From positions 15,808 through 79,807 of the forward strand of contig CAMJXE010000002.1 of the NCBI GenBank assembly GCA_946409645.1: 64,000 nt of DNA, given 5' to 3'. The stretch's first letter is position 1, and the number at the start of each line of letters is the position of its first letter. The stretch is from an uncultured Bacteroidales bacterium. GTDB taxonomy: Bacteria > Bacteroidota > Bacteroidia > Bacteroidales > WCHB1-69. Under the pieces are notes generated by a model. That model did no database searches, had not been told where the DNA came from, and saw nothing but the letters and a program-made list of their open reading frames with translations. The position numbers and the translations under genes are program-made. This document shows, one piece after another, positions 28,572 through 36,932 of this stretch.

Positions 28572-28595
28572 TAATTATGCATTATGAATTATGAA
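28572..28595. repeat. right 24-nt inverted repeat flanking the four-helix-bundle gene, continuing as ATTCATA heptamers on the coding strand
   Basis: taattatgcattatgaattatgaa. A related copy (aattatgcattat...) lies at 34273-34300. Confidence 0.75.
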
Positions 28596-28606
28596 TTATG
28601 AATTAA

Positions 28607-28830
28607 TCATCTCCTACCCCAATTGTCCCTATCCAAATTCCTAAAATTGATGGCCTCGCTCAGATGCCCAATCTCGATGTTCGGGCTGCCGTCGAGGTCG
28701 GCGATGGTGCGGGCCACCGCCCACGATCGCAACATCGCTGATGGTGTGGTGCGGTGCACGGAACGGCCGCGTGGAGATGATCGAGGCGTACTCGTAGCGG
28801 TCGAGACTGTCGTTGAAGGCATGGGTCACG
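28607..28830 (-). pseudogene. mosaic mini-copy of comM made of three non-contiguous segments
   Basis: 28607-28713 aligns to 30019-30125 (C-terminal 36 codons plus the stop). 28714-28787 aligns to ~30704-30774 ([23 protein letters not shown]). 28788-28830 aligns to ~30985-31029 ([11 protein letters not shown]). The seg1/seg2 junction is out of frame. Confidence 0.85.
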
Positions 28831-28951
28831 TCTTTTTACGCGAGAAAGGGTATTACGGCACTGCCACAAATCGTTTGCATTACGCTTGCTAGATGAAGAA
28901 GATTATGAAGTGACGGACGACTAAGCCATCTTTGCTACACATTTCAACAAA

Positions 28952-29424
28952 TCATTCTACCTGTTTGAATATTTTTTGTTCGTCATATTCAACTTCGCTT
29001 TCCTCCAACAGCTTTTTGTATTCGTTCACCATGTCTTGCTGTTTGTGGTGTTCCGCCTGGTTTTCGATATATCGGATAATGGTGGGTATTTCATCTTTTG
29101 AATATGAGAAAGCACCATACCTTCCTGCCAGGAGAACCAGCCGTTGGCGAGCCTGTTCTCGTTTATCCATTTCGACGAACACCCTTTGACGTGCTGCATC
29201 AAATCGGACAACGATTGTGATGGGCGCATTCCTATCAGAATGTGGACATGATCCGCCGTTCCGCCTATGGACAGAACTTTATGGCGGTTGTTTTGGATTA
29301 TGGCAATCATGTATTTGTACAGACGCTCTCTCCAAGAATCGAGGATAAGGGATCCCCTGTTTTGAACTGCAAAAACCAGTTGGATATGGATTTGCGTGTA
29401 GGTGTTGTTTCTCATTGATTTCAT
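28952..29424 (-). pseudogene. IS200-like / REP-associated tyrosine transposase (RAYT-type, HUH Y1 family) with a 1-nt frameshift
   Basis: NTYTQIHIQLVFAVQNR, HUH motif ADHVHILIG, then ...FSWQEG. The frame breaks at ~29119-29123. The next frame continues YGAFSYSKDEIPTIIRYIENQAEHH, which holds the putative catalytic Tyr region. Confidence 0.75.
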
Positions 29425-29460
29425 AATGGTTTGATTTGTTTGTGTGATAATTGTTTTTCG

Positions 29461-30018
29461 TCTTTTGTTTCGTCCCTGAAGGGACGTTTACGGGGAACCG
29501 TGATGTTTCCCGTTCTACCGAGCTTTCGTCCCTATCGGGACGTGGGACATGGGCGGCGGCTCCCTTCTACCGAGCTTTGGCCCCTGACGGGGCTATTCGC
29601 GACCGGTACGGATTTGCACAGGCGGGTACAGCGAGGATGTATGTTCCACCGGCGTAACAGCCCCGTAAGGCTCAACGACCACGATGGATGCCTTGTCCCG
29701 AAGGGACACAAGCTCGGTAGAAACGGTGTTCCCGACCGACCCCCAATGCCCCTTCAGGGGCGAAACATGTCCCGCAGGAACACAAGCCCGGTAGAAGGTC
29801 GCCACCAGGCGGACACCTTGTCCCGCAGGGACACAAACCCGGTAGAAACGGTGTTCCCGACCGACCCCCAATGCCCCCTCAGGGGCGAAACATGTCCCGC
29901 AGGGACACAAACCCGGTAGAAGGTCGCCACCAGGCGGACGCCTTGTCCCGCAGGGACACAAGCTCGGTAGGAACGACGTTTACGGACGGGTTCCCAATGC
30001 CCCTTCAGGGGCGAAACC
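29461..30018. repeat. REP-like array of GC-rich short hairpins with inverted outer arms and a ~126-bp unit repeated ~2.6 times
   Basis: Hairpins CGTCCC-TGAA-GGGACG (29471), CGTCCC-TATC-GGGACG (29527), GCCCC-TGAC-GGGGC (29579), TGTCCC-GAA-GGGACA (29694) and GCCCC-TTCA-GGGGC (29748, 29873, 29999). Tandem units at 29691-29816 and 29817-29941, then a partial unit. The left arm carries ttctaccgagc and the right arm carries gctcggtagaa. Confidence 0.85.
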
Positions 30019-31563
30019 TCACCGCCTCCCCCAATTGTCCCGGTCCAGATTCCGGAAATTGATGGCCTCGCTCAAATGCCCGATTTCGATGTTCGGGCTG
30101 CCGTCAAGGTCCGCGATGGTGCGGGAAACCTTGAGAATGCGGTCGTAGGCACGGGCGGAGAGACCGAGGCGGTCCATCGCCTGCTTCAGGAGCAGCTGCC
30201 CCGCTTCGTCGATGCGGCAATATTCCCGCACCATCCTGCTGCTCATCTGCGCGTTGGCGAAGAGTCCCGGGTGTCCCGCGAACCGCTGCTTTTGGATTTC
30301 CCGCGCCGCCACCACCCGCTTGCGGATTTCCGCGCTCCGCTCCGATGGCTTGTCGGACGCTAACTCCTCGTGGCTGACCGGGACGACCTCTACGTGCAGG
30401 TCGATGCGGTCCATCAAAGGTCCCGAAATCTTACTCAAATAGTTCTGGACCTCGAAGGGTTTGCAGGTGCAGGCAATCGTCGGGTGGTTGTAGTTGCCGC
30501 ACGGACAGGGATTCATGGCGGCGATGAACATGAACGAGGCTGGAAACTCCACCGAATACTTTGACCGCGAGATGGTGACCCGCCGTTCCTCCAACGGCTG
30601 CCGCATCACCTCCAACACCTGCCGCTTGAATTCCGGCAATTCGTCCAGAAAGAGCACACCGTTATGCGCGAGCGAAATCTCGCCCGGCTGCGGGTGCGTG
30701 CCGCCACCCACCAACGCCACATCACTGATGGTATGGTGCGGCGAACGGAACGGCCGGGTGGAGATGATGGAGGCAAAACGGCTCATCTTGCCCGCCACGG
30801 AATGGATTTTGGTGGTCTCCAAGGCCTCTTCCAAGCACAAAGGCGGCAATATCGACGGCAACCGCTTGGCCAACATGGTCTTGCCGGAGCCTGGCGGACC
30901 GATCAGAATCACATTATGTCCGCCGGCCGCCGCAATCTCCATCGCCCGCTTGATGTTCTCCTGCCCCTTTACGTCCGAAAAGTCGTACTCGTAGCGGTCG
31001 AGACTGTCGTTGAAAGCGTTGGCCACATCAATGCGCGTCGGCTCGATGGGCGTGCCCTTGTCGAAAAAGTCAATCACCTGCTTGATATCCGTGGCTCCCA
31101 AAATGTCGATGCCATCGACGATGGCGGCCTCTCGGGCGTTCTGGACGGGCAGGATCACCCCCTTTTTCTTCCGCTTCCGCGCCTCTAAGGCAATGGGCAG
31201 CGCCCCGCGGATCGGCTGAAGACTTCCATCCAGCGACAATTCCCCGAGGATAAAATAGTCCTCTAGTTCCGCCGCCCCGGCAATCTGCTCCGACGCGGCC
31301 AAGATGCCGATGGCCAGCGTCAAATCGTAGGCCGAGCCCTCTTTGCGGATGTCCGCCGGAGCCATGTTCACTACAATTTTCCGACCCGGAATCTTGTACC
31401 CATAGGCGTTTAATGCTGTTTCGATGCGTTGTTGACTCTCTTTTACCGCACTGTCGGGTAACCCGACCAAAAAGAAGCCAATTCCATTATCTACGTTGAC
31501 TTCCACAGTGATGGGTATTGCGGCAACCCCCACCAATGCACAATTGTTCGTTCTTATCAACAT
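30019..31563 (-). CDS. comM: YifB/ComM family Mg-chelatase-like AAA+ ATPase
   Basis: 514 aa. N-terminal Lon-like domain, Walker A GPPGSGKT, Walker B LFLDELPEF, C-terminal ChlI-like domain. Confidence 0.9.
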   Translation of the reverse strand: MLIRTNNCALVGVAAIPITVEVNVDNGIGFFLVGLPDSAVKESQQRIETALNAYGYKIPGRKIVVNMAPADIRKEGSAYDLTLAIGILAASEQIAGAAELEDYFILGELSLDGSLQPIRGALPIALEARKRKKKGVILPVQNAREAAIVDGIDILGATDIKQVIDFFDKGTPIEPTRIDVANAFNDSLDRYEYDFSDVKGQENIKRAMEIAAAGGHNVILIGPPGSGKTMLAKRLPSILPPLCLEEALETTKIHSVAGKMSRFASIISTRPFRSPHHTISDVALVGGGTHPQPGEISLAHNGVLFLDELPEFKRQVLEVMRQPLEERRVTISRSKYSVEFPASFMFIAAMNPCPCGNYNHPTIACTCKPFEVQNYLSKISGPLMDRIDLHVEVVPVSHEELASDKPSERSAEIRKRVVAAREIQKQRFAGHPGLFANAQMSSRMVREYCRIDEAGQLLLKQAMDRLGLSARAYDRILKVSRTIADLDGSPNIEIGHLSEAINFRNLDRDNWGRR

Positions 31564-31589
31564 GTTATTTCATATTTCTGTCTTCGCGG

Positions 31590-31597
31590 CAAAAATA
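31590..31597 (-). promoter_or_regulatory. -7 promoter box TAttTTTG upstream of comM
   Basis: Reverse complement of caaaaata, ~27 nt before ATG 31563. Confidence 0.45.
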
Positions 31598-31642
31598 CAA
31601 AATTTTTAATCAAAATAACAAATTGATAAAATATTTTTAATT

Positions 31643-32638
31643 TTAACTGTTATTTGTTAAATTTGAACGCTCTGTGGAAACGAATGGTTGGCAGTTAGTA
31701 GTTACGTCAACAGCCACGCCCTGCCAAGTGTTTCTCCGCCGCAATTCTTCCTCAACTTTCCTCACCAATCTGTCATGTCTTAATAAATTCCACTGGGAGA
31801 CAGCAAGATAACGAGGAGGAACTTCGGCGGAAAGACGTTCAATGACGATTTCAGGGGACATGCGTTCCAAATAATCACACAGAAATTGTACGTAATCGTC
31901 AGCAGAAAGCGGATGGAAACGTTCGGGATGGTCTCGGTATTCTGCTTCCATCGCGGTGTTTTTGAAAATCTGCAACTGATGAAATTTTACAAACTGAGGC
32001 TGTAACTGATTGAGTATCTGAACATCCGAAAGCCATTGCATTCTTGTTTCGTTAGGTAAACCGAAAATAAGATGAGCGCAGGTGCTGATGTTTCGTGAAC
32101 ACAACTCCTTGAATGACTCAAATGTACACTCCACGGTGTGACCACGATGAATATGTGTAAGCGTTTCATTATGAAAACTTTCCACACCGACTTCGACGGT
32201 CAGGTGGGTGCGGGTGTTTAATCCCGACAAGTAATCCAAAACCTCTTCGGACAGGCAATCGGGACGTGTGGAAATGATAAGTCCTTTAATATCAGGCATG
32301 TTCAAAGCTGCCTCGAATTTGTCCCGAAGGATTTCTAAAGGCGCGTTTGTGTTGGTATATGATTGGAAATAAGCAAAATATCCACAATTTTTTGGATACC
32401 GTTTCTGAAAAAAAGTTTTTCCTTGCTTCAACTGTGAGACTACATCTTTTATTTCAGCAAGATAAGAAGGAGAAAAAGCATTATTGGCGCAGTAGGTGCA
32501 ACCACCCTGTGTGCGATTCAAGCGGTTCGGACAAGAAAAGCCCGCATCCACTGGCAGCTTTTGGATTCTGCCCCCGAAATGGGTGCGACAATAATGACTG
32601 TAGGCGTTGAAACGGCGCTCACCACCCCAAGGGAACAT
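31643..32638 (-). CDS. TIGR01212-family radical SAM protein
   Basis: RFNAYSHYCRTHFGGRIQKLPVDAGFSCPNR...GGCTYC matches the family N-terminus. The ATG at 32638 overlaps the upstream gene's TGA by 1 nt. The track start at 32641 is GTG. Confidence 0.8.
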   Translation of the reverse strand: MFPWGGERRFNAYSHYCRTHFGGRIQKLPVDAGFSCPNRLNRTQGGCTYCANNAFSPSYLAEIKDVVSQLKQGKTFFQKRYPKNCGYFAYFQSYTNTNAPLEILRDKFEAALNMPDIKGLIISTRPDCLSEEVLDYLSGLNTRTHLTVEVGVESFHNETLTHIHRGHTVECTFESFKELCSRNISTCAHLIFGLPNETRMQWLSDVQILNQLQPQFVKFHQLQIFKNTAMEAEYRDHPERFHPLSADDYVQFLCDYLERMSPEIVIERLSAEVPPRYLAVSQWNLLRHDRLVRKVEEELRRRNTWQGVAVDVTTNCQPFVSTERSNLTNNS

Positions 32639-33150
32639 CACTCTTCGTCCTTATACAATAAATTGTCACCGAACGGATCCAAAGTGTGCAGCGACTTTTT
32701 GTCCGCATTCACCAAAAAAGTCATATCCTGCTCTTTGCCATCCTTTACAAACGAACCTGAGACCATGTACAACAAAACGCCTTCGGTTAGGAGGTCACCG
32801 TTGTCAATCAAATCCTCAAAGTCGGCTCTTGTACGCCGTATCTCATTGAGGTACAATCCGACAACTTCGCGTTTGGAGGTGTCATTCGACTCGTCCCAAT
32901 ACATCTGTTCATACATACCTTCCATATTCCCCAACAGTTCTGATGTCAATTTGGCGTAGCTAAACTCCGTGATGGTATCCACACACCTGATTGTCAGTTT
33001 TTTATAATCTCTGACTTCTTCTTTTTCCAAATAGACTTTGGCCATCTTCTTCATTTGGCGGTTCAGCTTGTTCTGCTGCATCTTTTGACAGCCGGAGAGG
33101 CATAAAGCCACCGCCAGCATCAGCATGAGGGTATGGCTTGAAATTCTCAT
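32638..33150 (-). CDS. hypothetical lipoprotein
   Basis: Signal peptide with lipobox LCLSGC. No recognisable family. Confidence 0.6.
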   Translation of the reverse strand: MRISSHTLMLMLAVALCLSGCQKMQQNKLNRQMKKMAKVYLEKEEVRDYKKLTIRCVDTITEFSYAKLTSELLGNMEGMYEQMYWDESNDTSKREVVGLYLNEIRRTRADFEDLIDNGDLLTEGVLLYMVSGSFVKDGKEQDMTFLVNADKKSLHTLDPFGDNLLYKDEE

Positions 33151-33177
33151 CGTTATAAGTTCTGTACGGGAAATCTC

Positions 33178-34272
33178 TTAAAACACAACACCAATCTCAT
33201 CGATATTCACATTCCGGTTGGGTGAAAGGGGAATAACCTCTTCGGAACCAGCTTGATACATGTTTATCATGCCAAAGTCGTGCACTTGCTTATTGTTATG
33301 CGTCAGGGTCACGAAAACGGGACTCTGCGTGCGGGTCAACATGCCATACAACGGGTAGTCACTCGCGATTCTCGAAGTGTATTTCCCATAGAAGTGCCTG
33401 AAATGGAAGCGATAAGCATCAGAATCATTGCCTTCCATGGAGTTAAGTCCCTTGCTGTCATTAAAGTAGAAGGCAACGGCCCCAGTTGGGGAGATGTCCT
33501 TGGCATCGGGTGTGATGTAAAGCACGTAAACAATTGTGTCAGAAAGGGATACTCCTGCAAACAGACTCATATAATTGTTCTCCCAATTTTTGAGTTCCGA
33601 AAGCATAATTGCCAACGCCTCGCCGGAATAGGGGGTTTCCTGCTCGCCGGCGACCAAGTTGTACTGGTCTTTGCGGCTCTTCATGATGGCATCGGCGGCC
33701 TCACGCGCCTTGCTCTCGAAGCTCTTGGAGACCGTTTTCGTATGACTGGCAGGCACTTGCGTCACCACGCCGTCAATGATTTTGGTATCGACAAACGCCT
33801 CAGATTGTTGTGTATAGGAGATGTCGGCGTAATTCTTGAAGAAATCTGGCAAAGAGGATGTGTGCGAGGTATATGCCTTGGGAGCTGTCACAAATGGGGA
33901 GAGCTGGGCTCCATGCTCAAACCACGACTTGGCGATTTCCGCATTGGAGGTATAGGCCGTGAAACATTGTTCCATGTCGGCGGTCCTAATCGGCTCGATT
34001 TCAACAGAATTGAGTGTATAATAGGTACGGTTCTGCTGAATGATGTTCGTAAGCCCGAGGAGGCTCTCGGCATAATCCGCAAAATATCCGCGCACCTCTT
34101 GCACTTTCGACACCGTAACGGTCATCTTGAAAGTGGTCGTCGGGAGTGCGTAACTCACCTTCCCAGTGTACTTCAATTTCTCAGGAGGATTCTTATATGG
34201 GTATAACTGCACCTGCGCAAACGAAGAAAGGGATAATGCGCAAACTATCATTAATAATAAAATCTTTTTCAT
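33178..34272 (-). CDS. hypothetical secreted protein
   Basis: ATG at 34272 gives MKKILLLMIVCALSLSSFAQ (the track start at 34278 is TTG). ~364 aa, family not recognised. Confidence 0.6.
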   Translation of the reverse strand: MKKILLLMIVCALSLSSFAQVQLYPYKNPPEKLKYTGKVSYALPTTTFKMTVTVSKVQEVRGYFADYAESLLGLTNIIQQNRTYYTLNSVEIEPIRTADMEQCFTAYTSNAEIAKSWFEHGAQLSPFVTAPKAYTSHTSSLPDFFKNYADISYTQQSEAFVDTKIIDGVVTQVPASHTKTVSKSFESKAREAADAIMKSRKDQYNLVAGEQETPYSGEALAIMLSELKNWENNYMSLFAGVSLSDTIVYVLYITPDAKDISPTGAVAFYFNDSKGLNSMEGNDSDAYRFHFRHFYGKYTSRIASDYPLYGMLTRTQSPVFVTLTHNNKQVHDFGMINMYQAGSEEVIPLSPNRNVNIDEIGVVF

Positions 34273-34308
34273 GACCAATTATGCATTATAGAATATATGA
34301 ATGATGAA

Positions 34309-34998
34309 TCAATCCCGTCTGCCGAGGAAGATCATCACATAGTACAACAAGGTTGCCAGAGAGGAGATTGCGGCAACAAGGTAGGTGCGGGCGGCCCACT
34401 TGAGGGCATCCTTAGCCATCACGGTTTCATTACCAGTAGTAATAGACTGACCGTCAAGCCACTCCACAGCTCGCTCGGAAGCGTTGTACTCCACCGGAAG
34501 AGTGATGAGCGAGAATATGGTGGTGAGGGCGAAGAAGGCAATGCCGAGAAGCAACACCCAACGACCGATTCCCAACATATTGAGACTCATCAACACGATA
34601 CCGGCAAGCAGAATCCATTGCGAGAACTGCGAACCGAACTGTACGGCAGGCACCATCTGCGAGCGCATCTGAAGCCAACGATAGGCAGTGGCATGTTGCA
34701 CGGCGTGTCCGCATTCGTGTGCGGCGACGGCTGCGGATGCAATGTTGCGGCCCTCATAGACACCTTGGCTAAGGTTGACCACTTTTGTCGCCGGATTGTA
34801 ATGGTCGGTGAGGAATCCGCTGGTGCAGGTCACCTGAACGTCGTAGATGCCGTTGTCTCGCAGCATCTTCTCAGCCACCTCCTTGCCGGACATGCCGCTG
34901 CTGAGAGGTATTTTCGAATATTTTTCAATGCGCGATGTCAGGGTTTTCTGGACGATGAGGCTCGCGACCATCAGGACGATGAAAATGATAAAGTACAT
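34309..34998 (-). CDS. membrane zinc metallopeptidase (YugP/PF04298-like)
   Basis: HECGHAVQH (HExxH) between N- and C-terminal TM helices, 229 aa. Confidence 0.75.
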   Translation of the reverse strand: MYFIIFIVLMVASLIVQKTLTSRIEKYSKIPLSSGMSGKEVAEKMLRDNGIYDVQVTCTSGFLTDHYNPATKVVNLSQGVYEGRNIASAAVAAHECGHAVQHATAYRWLQMRSQMVPAVQFGSQFSQWILLAGIVLMSLNMLGIGRWVLLLGIAFFALTTIFSLITLPVEYNASERAVEWLDGQSITTGNETVMAKDALKWAARTYLVAAISSLATLLYYVMIFLGRRD

Positions 34999-35090
34999 AT
35001 TGGTTTAAGGTTTAAGATTTACTCGTTTACAAGCTTAGAAAATGAATAATTAGAAGATTGCTGGCTTAGGGGCTAAGTTTAATGTCAAGG

Positions 35091-35783
35091 TCAATTCTGT
35101 TTCTTTGCTGCTATTGACAAAAACAATCCAAGAATCACGCTGCAGAAGGCGGCGAAGAGCACTTGGAGATCCTGCGGCAAACAGAAGGTGAGCGTGTGGG
35201 CGGGAATCCAGAACAGCGGAATTGTTTTCTTGAAAACGAAGCCCCACTGAACGCCCCAGTCCATATCACAGATGTGGCGTTTGATGGGCACAGGCTTGAA
35301 CAGTGCGGAGAAGGCACCGCCGTGCTCGTTGATGTGCATGTCGGAGATTTTGTGGACAGTCATGAAGACAGGTGCGAAGGAGGTGTTCATCATCGTGCTC
35401 ACGCAGAAAGCACCGAGCAACTTCATCCACGACATCGGTCCGGACATGGCCGCAGAGATGCCATTAAAGGCAGTATAACGCTCCATAAATGCCGGAATGC
35501 CGAGACGAAACACGTTCATCGCCAAGGCAATCCACATACCCAAAAGTCCCCAAACGACAAATTTCGGCGCAAGACCGAAGCCTTTGTGGTAGTACTCTCC
35601 GGTTTTCACCCGGCAACCCAACATCTCGCCAAAAGTAGCTAAGATACCAAATTTCAAAAAAGCCATCCACAACGGAAAACGTTGATTAGCTGCACAATAT
35701 GAGTCATAAACGCCATCAAACAAGAAGAAGGGCAGCAGGCACAGAACAATAACACCTATTACAAGAATGTCCGATTTCTTCAT
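35091..35783 (-). CDS. hypothetical polytopic membrane protein
   Basis: 230 aa with ~6 hydrophobic helices. A -7 box lies at 35809-35816. Confidence 0.6.
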   Translation of the reverse strand: MKKSDILVIGVIVLCLLPFFLFDGVYDSYCAANQRFPLWMAFLKFGILATFGEMLGCRVKTGEYYHKGFGLAPKFVVWGLLGMWIALAMNVFRLGIPAFMERYTAFNGISAAMSGPMSWMKLLGAFCVSTMMNTSFAPVFMTVHKISDMHINEHGGAFSALFKPVPIKRHICDMDWGVQWGFVFKKTIPLFWIPAHTLTFCLPQDLQVLFAAFCSVILGLFLSIAAKKQN

Positions 35784-35808
35784 ATTTTCAATATTCTTTT
35801 TGAGGCTG

Positions 35809-35816
35809 CAAAGGTA
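35809..35816 (-). promoter_or_regulatory. -7 promoter box TAccTTTG
   Basis: Reverse complement of caaaggta, ~26 nt before ATG 35783. Confidence 0.45.
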
Positions 35817-35957
35817 TAAAAAATATGGCGAAAAAAATAATATGACGGAGATTCGAGAAAAAATCTTATTTTCGCGGCGTTTAGTTCAACAGAGTATTGA
35901 AAACTCTCTGGTTGGCTGCTAACGCTTATAAACGTGATGTATAAATAAATCATAAAT

Positions 35958-36932
35958 ATGAAAAAAACCGTACTATTTTTGGCAATTTTGGCCGCTTTTG
36001 TTGGCGCTCATGCTCAGACAACAATCCCCAACGGAGATTTTGAAATGTGGTCTTACGGCAAACCCGTGGGTTGGACCCCGGGTATATTGGGTAATCTTAA
36101 CGTTTCCTCATACGCCAATCTTCCGATAGAGGTCAATTTCTGCACTGAAGCTAACGATACCCATAGCGGCAACAAGGCCGTACAAATCACTTCTGGCGAA
36201 TTGACAATCCCTTACGTCGGCTTCTCTTTCGTTATTCCAGGATTTTTGCAAGTTGGTGAAGCTGAAGGATTTAACATTCCGATGCAGGATTTTCTCTCTA
36301 TCATTCAAATGTTCCAAGACACTACAAATGTACCTGTGATAGATTCTTCCTCGTTGGCCGTGTTTGCCTCTCTCTTGAAAGTTCTCTCTCCAGGCATCCC
36401 TTGCCCCTCCACACCTCGTTATGTGACGCTTTGGGCCAAATATCAGCCTCAGGAGAATGACACCATGGCGGTGATTGCTATGACCAAAAGAAATGGAGAA
36501 CTTGTGGATTTCGCTCATAAACAATTCTTTAACCTCGACCCTAACAATTACGAGAAAATTGCTGTCGAGTTTGAAAACCCGAATGCTCCAAGCGACTCTA
36601 TCATGATTATCATCTTCTCCTCCACTGCCCTAAACAGCACCTCCGTTCTTTACGTGGACGATGTCCAATTGGAATACGGCGTGGATGTGCCCGTCGTGGA
36701 GATCCAACACGACAAGATCTACCCCAACCCAGCCTCTGATGTGCTGTTTTTGCAACTCGACAATGACCAGCCTTGCAAGTGGACATTACGCGACTTGACG
36801 GGCAGAACCCTGAAATCGGGTACAATGACAGGCAAAACCTCCATTGATGTAAAACAGTACCCTTCAGGTGTTTACATGCTTACATTGAATATTGGAGGAC
36901 AAGAAAGCACTCGGAAAGTGGTCATTCGCTAA
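35958..36932 (+). CDS. T9SS-secreted protein (324 aa), unknown function
   Basis: Signal peptide, N-terminal TIPNGDFEMWSYGKPVGW motif, C-terminal IYPNPASDVLFLQL...GVYMLTL...RKVVIR sorting domain. Confidence 0.75.
   Translation: MKKTVLFLAILAAFVGAHAQTTIPNGDFEMWSYGKPVGWTPGILGNLNVSSYANLPIEVNFCTEANDTHSGNKAVQITSGELTIPYVGFSFVIPGFLQVGEAEGFNIPMQDFLSIIQMFQDTTNVPVIDSSSLAVFASLLKVLSPGIPCPSTPRYVTLWAKYQPQENDTMAVIAMTKRNGELVDFAHKQFFNLDPNNYEKIAVEFENPNAPSDSIMIIIFSSTALNSTSVLYVDDVQLEYGVDVPVVEIQHDKIYPNPASDVLFLQLDNDQPCKWTLRDLTGRTLKSGTMTGKTSIDVKQYPSGVYMLTLNIGGQESTRKVVIR

Noticed and set aside
29431-29961. ORFs of 162 aa (+) and 122 aa (-) across the hairpin array
   Set aside because: Their sequences only mirror the nucleotide repeats (repeated PLQGRNMSRR, VEGRHQAD). 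They have no start context and no protein-like composition. I interpret the region as non-coding REP-like DNA.
29691-30018. Possible CRISPR array (repeated palindromic units)
   Set aside because: The ~126-bp units are contiguous tandem copies with no unique spacers, there are only ~2.6 copies, and no cas genes are in the window. The short hairpins are 13-16 nt, not CRISPR-repeat-like.
33253-35049. 317-aa and 250-aa plus-strand ORFs
   Set aside because: They are antisense to the secreted protein gene (33178-34272) and the HExxH metallopeptidase gene (34309-34998), both of which have coherent signal or TM and motif features.
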